A stretch of DNA of 64,000 bases from contig NIVC01002742.1 in assembly GCA_002269645.1 (NCBI GenBank), forward strand, positions 1 through 64,000. The letters run 5' to 3'. The notes beneath the pieces are model-generated. The model made no database searches and was not told the DNA's origin. It saw only the letters and a list, made by a program, of their open reading frames with translations. This stretch comes from Macrostomum lignano (lineage: Eukaryota). Each line of letters opens with the position of its first letter. Position 1 is the first letter of the stretch. Both the position numbers and the translations under genes were made by a program. Positions 50,709 to 62,600 of the stretch are shown piece by piece.

Positions 50709-53700
50709 GTACGGCTGGCATCTTAGTGTCCCAGCTGGCATCTCAGTGTCCCAGCTGGCATCTCAGTGTCCCAGCTGGCATCTTAGTGTCCCAGCTGGCA
50801 TCTCAGTGTCCCAGCTGGCATCTAGTGTACCAGCTGACATCCCAGTGTCCCAGCTGACATACAAGTGTCTCAACTGACATCCAAGTGTCTCAAATGACAT
50901 TCAAGTGTCTCAGCTGACATCTCACTGTCCCAGCTGATATCTCAGTGTTTCAACTGACATCTCAGTGTCCCAGCTGGCATCTCAGTGTCTCAGCTGACAT
51001 CTAAGTGTCCCAGCTGGCATCTCAGTGTCTCAGCTGACATCTAAGTGTCTCAGCTGGCATCCAAGTGTCCCAGCTGACATCTCAGTGTCCCAGCTGGCAT
51101 CTCAGTGTCCCAGCTGATATCTCAGTGTCCCAGCTGGCATCTCTGTGTCCCAGCTGACATCTCAGTGTCCCAGCTGACATCTCTGTGTCCCAGCTGGCAT
51201 CTTAGTGTCCCAGCTGACATCTCAGTGTCCCAGCTGATATCTCAATGTCTCGGCTGACATCCGAGTGTCTCAGTGTCTGACATCCCATGCTCTTGTCTGA
51301 CATCTTTTCAGTAAACTAGCTCGTAATCTTGCATATATTAATAATGCTTGATTTCGCAACCGCACCCGTCTGACAGGTCCCAGGCAACGATTCGGGCTCC
51401 TGCTCAGTTTACTCCATAGCTAAGGATGCCCTGGACTACCTGGAAAATTACCTTATTGAGCGGTTTGCCGTGCTTTGCGAATCGCCTTTGCCAGCCACTG
51501 CGATGGAAGCTGAAGATCGTTTAGTTCAGGTAGGGTGTGATTCGCAATCTGTTTTGTATATTTTCTATACATATCGGCAATATGACATCTCAAGGCTGAC
51601 ATCCCAATGTCTCATGTAACATTCCAATCTCTCATCTGACATCCCAATGTCTCATCTGACATTATCTGACATCCCGGAATGTCTCATCTGACATCCCAAT
51701 GTCTCATCTGACATCCCATTGTCGCATCTGACATCCCAATGTCTCATCTGACATCCCAATGTCTCATCTGACATCCCATTGTCGCATCTGACATCCCAAT
51801 GTCTCATCTGACATTATCTGACATCCCGGAATGTCTCATCTGACATCCCAATGTCTCATCTGACATCCCAATGTCTCATCTGACATCCCAATGTCTCATC
51901 TGACATTCCATTGTCGCATCTGACATCCCAATGTCTCATCTGACATCCCAATGTCTCATCTGACATCCCATTGTCGCATCTGACATCCCAATGTCTCAGC
52001 CTAAACTATACAATCGTAAATTTTTATTAACCGCAGTACCCTTTTGCAAACAAACTTTCGATACATATCGGCTGTAAATTCGACTTGTACATAAACGGCT
52101 CTGCTATTGCGCAATTATTTGCAGCTGTTCGCCAGCTGCAACCTGCACTCGGACTCAGTCAGGGAAATGCGCGAGCTGGCTGTCCGAAAGAAACGCAAAG
52201 CGGCCATCGCCCTATTCGAATGTGTACACCGGGTGCTGCCCCGGACTGCCGACGAGTCTGTCTGCCTGTTCACCGCTTTGGTCATGGAGCACGTGGTCTG
52301 CGAGATAATGCGCCTGTCAATCACCTACATGAAGAAGATTAAGATTTATGAGTTGAAGAAAGTCGATATTAAGGTATGCGGTGATTCTTATTGCTATTCG
52401 GGTCATTATGTACTTTTTTGAACTGCAATGTTAAACCATATAAGGTCATATAAGCATCTATAGAGTCAGTAGTATGTCATATAAGCATGTATCTAGTCAG
52501 TGGTCTTATTAGGTCATATAGGCTTCTATAAAGTCAGTAGTATGTCATATAAGCTTCTATAGTCAGTAGTATGTCATATAAGCATGTATCTAGTCAGTGG
52601 TCTTAGGTCATATAAACTTCTATAGTCAGTAGTATGTCATATAAGCATGTATCTAGTCAGTGGTCTTATTAGGTCATATAGGCTTCTATAAAGTCAGTAG
52701 TATAATAAGCTTCTTTAGTCAGTAGTATGTCATATGAGCAGCTAGAAACGAAATAAACACAGACTCCGACTTACTCTGTCACAGATTGTTGTGGACACTT
52801 TCTTCTCTGCTTCATTGCCAACTGCTCAGCAACAGCACCAGCAGCAACATCAGCAATTAATCGACGCGGAGTACGAATGGTCACTGCCGAAAGAATGTCG
52901 CCAGGGTGTCAACGAATTGCTGTACCTTGAAGAGACATTTTCTAAGCAATTACAGATTGTCTGTCAGCTGTTTAAACAGCCGCTAGTTGAGTTGAATTCG
53001 AGTTCGCCAGATATTGATACGGTGTTCAGCGCTATTAGCCAGGTAGCTGAGTGCTCAGGCTTGCTGTTCGTGGCTCTGGATGACAGTCGGAATGTCACCG
53101 ACAAGCCGCCCATTGGGCACTGCTTCTATGAGCTGGCTGAGGAGGGCAACTTTGATAGCTTTGCCAAGTATGCTCAGGTGAGTAATGCTTGTTGCATAAC
53201 TGTCTATGTCTATTTCCTTTATAATATTATGAAAAATCTACTGTTATTGTTTGGGAATCGGGAATCGCCCCTTAGCCTGCCATTCGGAATCGCCCCTTAG
53301 CCTGCCACTGCCATTCGGAATCGCCCCTCAGCCTGCCATCTGGAATCGCCCCTTAGCCTGCCATTCGGAATCGCCCCTCAGCCTGCCATTCGGAATCGCC
53401 CCTGACAGTCTTAGGAATCGCCCCTGACAGTCTTAAGAATCGCCCCCTGACAGTCTTAAGAATCGCCCCTGACAGTCTTAAGAATCGCCCCTGGCAGTCT
53501 TAAGAATCGCCCCCTAACAGTCTTGAAAATCGCCCCCTGACAGTCTTGAAAATCGCCCCTGACAGTCTGAAGAATCGCCCCTGACAGTCTTGAAAATCGC
53601 CCCCTGACAGTCTTGAAAATCGCCCCCTGACAGTCTTGAAAATCGCCCCCTGACAGTCTTAAGAATCGCCCCTGACAGTCTTAAGAATCGCCCCCTGACA

Positions 53701-56610
53701 GTCTTAAGAATCGCCCCCTGACAGTCTTAAGAATCGCCCCTGACAGTCTTAAGAATCGCCCCCTGACAGTCTTAAGAATCGCCCCCTGACAGTCTTAAGA
53801 ATCGCCCCTGACAGTCTTAAGAATCGCCCCCTGACAGTCTAAAGAATCGCCCCCTGACAGTCTTGAAAATCGCCCCCTGACAGTCTTGAAAATCGCCCCT
53901 GACAGTCTGAAGAATCGCCCCCCCTGACAGTCTTGAAAATCGCCCCTGACCATGACCGGTCCCATCCCTCCAGGACATCTTGAACCCACGCTGTACGGAG
54001 CGCCTGCTGAGCCTACTCAGCAATCGAGCAGTGCAGGAGAAATACGAATCCCTCGGCCGCACCGTGGAGCAGCGCTGCCTGAGTCGCCTAGCGGCCACTG
54101 CCTTGCAATCGCAGAATCACCGTCGTAGGCAACAGCATCAGCAGCTGCCTCAGCACTATCTGTTCTCGTCTCTAGATCTAGTCAGCGTGTCCGCCGCATC
54201 TGGCGGTACAGCTTCTTCGCCTAGCGATGCGACTTCCGACCGGCCCGACGTCGGTGACGAACCGACACAGCCGCCGCCGCCGCCGTTGTCTGCATCATCT
54301 GGCGAGACCAGAAACTGCCTGCTGCTTGCCTGCCGCTACCTGCTGCCAAACCTGCTATTGGTGCCCATCGGGCATTTCCTCTACTACGATCGGATACTTG
54401 CTCACTTTGAGCAGCTGCGCGATCAACAAATCTCCGACTCGTCCGATCCTGTCGATGCGACTCCGTCTTCGACAATGATTGGCAGCCTCGGCAGCAGCGA
54501 GGACGCTTCGTCAGCCGAGGATCGAGACGCTATCAAGCAGTGCCGATCCATACTGGTGTCCACTAGGCACAAGATTGACACGGTGCTGCTTGAACTCGAG
54601 CGATCTCTGACGGCTGTTGGCGGCGGCACCGAATCTGCTGCTACAGACGGCTGGTGCCGACCGCTGAGTCCGCTGGCCTCCAGGCTGTTCTTTCACAACT
54701 CGGTTCGCTCGCCGGATGCGGACCATCCTGACCGGCACTGCGCCAAGAAGCTGGACCAGCTGCGCCAGGCAACGAAATCCGCAGCCGAGATTGACGCCAG
54801 ACCGAAGTGCTGCGTGTTCTATCGCGACGCCAGCCTGTGGCATCTCGAACAGCGGGGCGGCCGGTTTCGCGAGAGGCGCGTCTGCTTATTTAATAATCGG
54901 CTGTTCGTGCTGAAGGCGTGCAGCAAGACGCTGGCTCTGCGCGGCAGCGGCGAGGAATTCAAATTGAAGCGGGTTGTACACCTTGCCCAGTACCGCTTCT
55001 GCGTGCTGGATCTGGCCGCTGCCGCTGATGCTGCCGCGGCTGCTGATGGAGCCGCCGCTGGGACCGATGATGGTACGTGGGCGGTCCGAGACTTGCTGGT
55101 CTTGGGTCTGTAATAGATATTGTAAAGTAAATAGACTGTCTATAGATTTTGAGTTTATAGATCTTGCGAGTCTGTAGATCTCATGGGTGTGTAGATCTCA
55201 TGGGTCTGTAGACCTCATGGGTCTGTAGATCTGTAGGTCTATAGATTGAGACTATGGGACTCAAGAATAGGACTATGGGACTCTAGATTGAGATTCTAGA
55301 CTGGACTATGGGACTCTATATTGGGATTCTAGACTGGGAATATGAGACTCTGGATTGGGACTTTGGAACCATGGGACTAGATTGGGACTTTGGGACTATG
55401 AGTCTCTAGACTGGGACTATGGGACTCTAGATTGAGACTCTAGACTGGGACTATGGGACTCTAGATTGAGATTTTAGGCTGGACTATGGGACTCTAGATT
55501 GGGACTATTGGACTCTAGATTGGGACTATTGGACTCTAGATTGGGACTATTGGACTCTAGATTGGGACTATTGGACTCTAGATTGGGACTATTGGACTCT
55601 AGATTGAGTATTTTGTGCTGCTCCTCGAAACAAAGCAAATTTCTACGCTCTGTAAAGTGCAGTGCAGAGGACAGTTAAGCCAACAGACACAGTCGGTCAC
55701 CGGCCCTCAAGTGTTATCTGATGCCCTTGATCTTTAAATAATTTTGTTTGTGCGCGTCTGACTGGGCACTGAGGCTGCATGCGGCTTCGCTGGGCTCTTA
55801 TTTGCATAAAACCAGCCAACTGTTTCTAAACTGGCTGAAAATAAGTTTTTATCATATGCTTCTGTGTGTACGGATTGTTTTGTTAATATTCTCGTAATAA
55901 TAAATTTAATAACATCCCAGACTGTCTGGCTGTCTGATAACAGAATCTCTCTGGCGGATTTCTAGGGAGATCTAAGAAACGCTGGCCATTCGGAAAAAGG
56001 ATTCATGATATTTTCTACAAATATTCGAACTCCGGACATCACTTCTGGAAAATTTTCCCAAATTTCTTCTATATTTAAATTACTTATGCGCATTGCATAC
56101 TACTACATACTACTTGCATTGCGCACAGAACTGCACACCTTCGCTATCGAGTACCTGGCGCCTGCGGAGTCCGGCGATTCGGCTGGCCTGGCTGCGCCGA
56201 CTCGGCAGCGGGCCGTGTTCGGGACTAAGAGTGCGGCGGAGAAGGACGACTGGATGCTCATCCTGGTCTACCTGCAGTGCTACCAGTGAGCGCGTCTTGG
56301 TGCTGAGCTGTCTGTCTGTGTGTGTCTGTGTGTCTGTCTGTCTGTGTGTCTGTCTGTCTGTTTGTGTGTGTGTGTCTGTCTGTCTGTCTGTCTGTGTGTC
56401 TGTCTGTCTGTCTGTGTGTCTGTCTGTCTGTCTGTCTGCCTGTGTGTCTGTCTGTCTGTCTGTCTGCCTGTGTGTCTGTCTGTCTGTTTGTCTGTCTGTG
56501 TCTGATTGCCTGTGTGTCTGTCTGTCTGTGTCTGTCTGTCTGTCTGTCTGTGTCTGATTGCCTGTGTGTCTGTCTGTCTGTGTCTGTCTGTCTGTGTCTG
56601 TCTGCCTGTG

Positions 56611-56660
<50 letters not shown>

Positions 56661-59600
56661 AATGTGTCTGTCCTACTTTCTCAGCCCATGATGCCAATAT
56701 GTGCCATAGCCACCCCACTGTCTTAACCGCCCGCAGCATGTTCGAAGACTACCTATTCCATGGTGTTAACAGCAAGCCAGAGGAAGTCTGCTTTCCGACC
56801 AATGCTCACGGCTACGAGTGAGTTTTAATAAGCTGTTTGCCGTAAGATTTGTTTTATAAATTGTCGCTGCTTTTATCCTTACTTCTGACAAAAATCCCAT
56901 ATACGATCTACATCGCAGCGACGAATTCCTAACATCATAGCAAGGAATCCCTACGCCATAGCAACGAATCCCTACGCCATAGCAACAAATCCCTACACAA
57001 TAGCAATGGATGCCTACATCAAAGCAACGAATCTCTACACCATAGCAACGCATCCCTACACCATAGCAACGGATCTCTACATCATAGCAACGGATCCCTA
57101 CGCCTTAGCTACGAATCCCTACACCATAGCAACGAATCCGTACGCCATAGCAACAAATCCCTACACCATAGCAACGGATCCCTACGCCATAGCAACGAAT
57201 CCCTACACCATAGCAACGGATCCCTACACCATAGCATCGGATCCCTACTCCAAAGCAACGAATCTCTACACCATAGCAACGAATCTCTACACCATAGCAA
57301 CGGATCCCTACGCCATAGCAACAAATCCCTACACCATAGCAACGAATCCCTACACCATAGCATCGGATCCCTACACCATAGCAACGGATCCCTACGCCAT
57401 AGCAACAAATCCCTACACCATAGCAACGAATCCCTACACCATAGCATCGGATCCCTACAGACTACAGCAAGATACAACCCATCCACCCGCAGATTCCTGC
57501 AGCCGGACTCAGACGCAGTGCTGGAACTGGAGGAGAACAGCGAGTATAGCTCCAGTAGCGATTCTCACGTCATCCGCCGGGCCACCCTCAACAAGCTGGT
57601 AGAAAAGATGACCCAGGGGCCCGGCGGCATTGACAACCGCCTTATGCCGGTATTTCTCATGACCTACCGATCGTTTTGCACTCCTCAGCACCTGATGGAG
57701 AAGCTGATTGCCCGCTTCAGCATCCCGGATTACTCGTACGCAGATTTTCAAACCAGTCCGGACATGCCAATGTCGCAGGCGCAGTCGAGGAAACGCGAAT
57801 TCGAAAACGCCTATTGTCGTCGGGTCCGATTGCGCGTACTGAAGGTGATGAACACCTGGGTTAGCGAGTACTTTCACGACTTTGTACTCTGCCCCAAATT
57901 GGTGGGCAGAATGCGCGAATTCCTATGCGGCCCGCTGGTTGAGCGGCACTACGATATTAAGAAATTTCAAGCCCCCAGTCTGCTGAAGAACTTGGAAAGG
58001 TACCTATCTGTCTCTGTCTGTCTGTGTGTCCCATTTAACCTTTCGAGAATTCCCCTTTATACTCATAGAATCGCGACTGGGATTCCCTTTATTGAATTGC
58101 CACTGGGATTCCCTTTATTGAATTGCCACTGGGATTCCCTTTATTGAATTGCCACTGGGATTCCCCACTATTAAATCGCCGTTGGGATTCCCCATTATAA
58201 AATCGCCATTGGGATTCCCTATCATAGAATCGCCACTTGGATTCACCTTATTGAATTGCCACTGGGATACCCGTCTATAGAATCGCCTTTGGGATTCCCG
58301 TCTATAGAATCGCCTTTGGGATTCCCCACTATAGAATCGCCGTTGGGATTCCCCTCTAGAGCCTCATCTAACAACCGCTATACAACTGACTTCCCTTTTA
58401 ATCGCAAAGGAGATTCAAAGGCGATTCGCCGTCGCAAGAGACGCCGTCGCCCGCCGACTGCCCGGAGGTTCTCTGGCATACGACCAGCGATCCCAAAGAC
58501 TTTAACTTAATGTCGCTGCACCCATTGGAACTGGCTCGCCAAATCACTCTGTACATGTTCAGCCTGTACCAGCGCATCCAGCCCTGGGAGCTGGTCACCG
58601 GCGACTGGATGAAGACTAACGAGAAACAGCGCAAAGCGCCCAATGTGCACGCCCTGATTCGCTACACTAATCGGCTCACCTGGTGGTGCTGCAGTAACAT
58701 TCTCAGCACGCCAAATCTGGAGGAGAGGCGCTACGTTCTGCTGCGGGTCTACGAGGTTAGACCAGGATTCGCTGGGGATTGCGGGCGATTCCTCATGATT
58801 GGCTGGGGATTGTGGGCGATTCCTCATGATTGGCTGGGGATTGTGGGCGATTCCTCATGATTGGCTGAGGATTGTGGGCGATTCCTCATGATTGGCTGGG
58901 GATTGTGGGCGATTCCTCATGATTGGCTGGGGATTGTGGGCGATTCCTCATGATTGGCTGAGGATTGTGGGCGATTCCTCATGATTGACTGGGGATTGTG
59001 GGCGATTCCTCATGATTGGCTGAGGATTGTGGGCGATTCCTCATGATTGACTGGGGATTGTGGGCGATTCCTCATGATTGGCTGGGGATTGTGGGCGATT
59101 CCTCATGATTGGCTGGGGATTGTGGGCGATTCCTCATGATTGGCTGGGGATTGTGGGCGATTCCTCATGATTGGCTGGGGATTGTGGGCGATTCCTCATG
59201 ATTGGCTGGGGATTGTGGGGGATTCTTCAAGAGATTATAAAAGGTCGAACAGCGATTCTCAAAGGAATTAAGGGGCAATCTTTCGTGGTTCTCTACCACC
59301 GATTAGCAATGCTTTACCCTCTCGCAGATTATGAGGCACTTTCGCGATCTCAACAATTTCCTTGGCCTGGCAGCCTTGGACAGCGTCTTTGTGAACTCGT
59401 CTGTGCAGTACATTAGGCTGCAGCACACCTGGAAACTGATTAAAAACGGCCGGGAGAACTCATTCTTGCAGCAGATGCAGGTGAGCGAGCTTTTTGTTGG
59501 CGGAAAATATATCTCACTTTTATGTCTGAGAATCTGTTTGATTGCTCATATCCCTATCTCATACAATCTCATCTCAAGTAAATATCCCCCCAATCTCAGC

Positions 59601-62600
59601 GAATCTCAACCAATCTCAGCAAATCTTACCTCAATCTCAGCAAATCTCACCCCAATCTCAGCGAATCTCACCATAATCCCAGCGAATCTCACTATAATCT
59701 CAGCGAATCTCACCCGAGTCTCAGCGAATCTCATCCTATTCTCAAGCGAATCTCACCCTGATCTCAGAAAATCTCATCTAAGTCTCAGCGAATCTCACCT
59801 CAATCTCAGCGAATCTCACCGCAATCTCAGCGAATCTCATCCAAAGTCTCGGTGAATCTCACCATAATCTCAGCGAATCTCACCCCAAGTCTCGGTGAAT
59901 CTCACCATAATCTCAGCGAATCTCTCTCCAATCTCTGTGAATCTCACATCTCGTTGACTCTCAACCGCTTCTCAATCAAATCTTTCCCCTGTCTCAATCG
60001 AATCTCACCCCTATCTCAATTTAATCTAACCCTGGTCTCACTCGAATCTCACCCCTGTCTCAATCGAATCCCACCCCTGTCTCCATCGAATCCCACCCCT
60101 GTCTCAATCGAATCTCACCCCTGTCTCAATCGAATCCCACCCCTGTCTCAATCGAATCTCAACTCTGTCTCAATCGAATCTCACCCCTGTCTCAATCGAA
60201 TCTCACCCCTTTCTCAATCGAATCTCACCCCTATCTCAATTTAATCTAACCCTGTCTCATCCAATTCACCTCATTCCAGGAGCTGGTCAGCAACAGCAAC
60301 AATCTGGCCAAGTACGATGAGCTGCTCCGCTCTCTGTCCAGCGCCTGCGTGCCCAACCTGCGCTACCACCTGAGCTGCATATTCCGCATCCTGGAAATCA
60401 ATCGAGCCAGGCAGAAAGAGTCGCCAGAATCGCTGCAGCTGCTCTGCGATGCCGAGGCCGATTCCACCGTTCTGGTGCCGTTCTTTCGCTATCGTCAAGT
60501 TGCCGACCGAATCGACGAACTGTTCAGGGCCAAGGACACGGCCTACCAGCTGCGGGAGGTGCCCGAGATTCAGCAGTTTGTGCAGGTAAAGCTTCAGGAG
60601 TCATTCAGATAAAGCTTCAGGGTCATTCAGATAAAGCTTCAGGGTCATTCAGATAAAGCTTCAGGAGTCATTTAGCTAATGCTTCAGGGTCATTCAGATT
60701 AGCTTCAGAGTCATTCAGACAAAGCTTCAGGGGTCATTCAGATCAAACTTCAGGAGTCATTTAGCTAATGCTTCAGGGTCATTCAGTAAAGCTTTTGGGC
60801 TCATTCAGATAGAGCTTCAGAGGTCATTCAGATAAAGCTTCAGGAGTCATTTAGCTAATGGTTTAGAGTGATTCAGATAAAGCTTCAGGGTCATTCAGAT
60901 AAAGCTTCAGGGTCATTCAGATAAAGCTTCAGGAGTCATTTAGCTAATGGTTTAGAGTGATTCAGATAAAGCTTCAGGGTCATTCAGATAAAGCTTCAGG
61001 GTCATTCAGATAAAGCTTCAGGAGTCATTTAGCTAATGGTTTAGAGTGATTCAGATAAAGCTTCAGGGTCATTCAGATAAAGCTTCAGTGGTCATTCAGA
61101 TAAAGCTTCAGGAGTCATTTAGCTAATGGTTTAGAGTGATTCAGATAAAGCTTCAGGGTCATTCAGATAAAGTTTCAGGAGTCATTTAGCTAATGGTTTA
61201 GAGTCATTCAGATAAAGCTTCAGTGGTCATTCAGATAAAGCTTCAGTGGTCATTCAGATAAAGCTTCAGGAGTCATTTAGCTAATGGTTTAGAGTGATTC
61301 AGATAAAGCTTCAGGGTCATTCAGATAAAGCTTCAGTGGTCATTTAGCTAATGGTTTAGAGTGATTCAGATAAAGCTTCAGGGTCATTCAGATAAAGCTT
61401 CAGTGGTCATTCAGATAAAGCTTCAGGAGTCATTTAGCTAATGGTTTAGAGTGATTCAGATAAAGCTTCAGGGTCATTCAGATAAAGCTTCAGTGGTCAT
61501 TCAGATAAAGCTTCAGGAGTCATTTAGCTAATGGTTTAGAGTGATTCAGATAAAGCTTCAGGGTCATTCAGATAAAGCTTCAGTGGTCATTTAGCTAATG
61601 GTTTAGAGTGATTCAGATAAAGCTTCAGGGTCATTCAGATAAAGCTTCAGTGGTCATTCAGATAAAGCTTCAGGGTCATTCAGATAAAGCTTCAGTGGTC
61701 ATTCAGATAAAGCTTCAGGAGTCATTTAGCTAATGGTTTAGAGTGATTCAGATAAAGCTTCAGGGTCATTCAGATAAAGCTTCAGTGGTCATTCAGATAA
61801 AGCTTCAGGAGTCATTTAGCTAATGGTTTAGAGTGATTCAGATAATGCTTCAGTGGTCATTCAGATAAAGCTTCAGGGGTCATTCAGCTTAAGTTTTTTT
61901 TAAAAAATTCAGTCTATCGACCCAATGGGCGACCTGAAACTGGACGAGGTGGACGACACCAGCCAGAACCAGCAGGCGCTGGACGACCTGTTCTACAGGA
62001 TGAGCTACGACCTGGAGTCCAAGGACGCCGACGAGGACGCGTTGAAGCGGCGAGGAGAAAGGAGGTTTGCGCTGTGCTTTTATTGCTTTGGTTGAGTAGC
62101 TGAGGTACGTTTTGTTACTGATTGGCTGGAATGAGGTCGCATGTACATACACTTCACTGTGCCGTGGGGGTTGGCCCTCAAGGCCGTTAATTACACAAGC
62201 AGAGCCAGATTCCATTTTAATCCCAAAATGAATGTGACTGCACTGTGTCTCTCCCACCGCCAGATTCTCACCCGAATGCCTTCGCTCGCCGTCTTCAAGT
62301 TCTGGCCGCGGTGCCGGCGTCGTCAAAGCGGCCGGTGCAACAGCGGCTCTCGGTCGCAGCCTCCTGACCCTGTCCACTGCAGCAGCCAGCGGCGGTCCTC
62401 CGCAGCTGCCGCATCTGCATCATCATCATCATCAGCAGCACCAACCGCATCCCCAGCAGCAGTCGTCAGTATCTTCAACAACTTCGGCGACTGCGGCATC
62501 AACGGCGGGACCGTCGCCTGAAGGCTCAATCGCTCCGTCACCGAGTGAGTTGCAAAACCGTTGAATTCATTATTTACCTTGCTTTCTACACAGTTGCATG

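Noticed and set aside
6255-53950. CTGAC in arrays as selected branch-point decoys
   Set aside because: The motif is on the sense strand in some introns and antisense in others (Cas intron 2, NCX intron 4).
56093-57602. VCLS/TDRQ and ATNPYTI ORFs
   Set aside because: Microsatellite and 21-bp array translations overlapping short real SOS exons.
58045-58345. GGGATTCCCC kappa-B-like sites (also GGAATTCCCC at 3152-3540)
   Set aside because: They are multiplied by tandem amplification, so the count is not independent evidence.
965-61890. Arrays of 20-37 bp units resembling CRISPR
   Set aside because: Units are contiguous with no unique spacers, there are no cas genes, and the context is eukaryotic introns.
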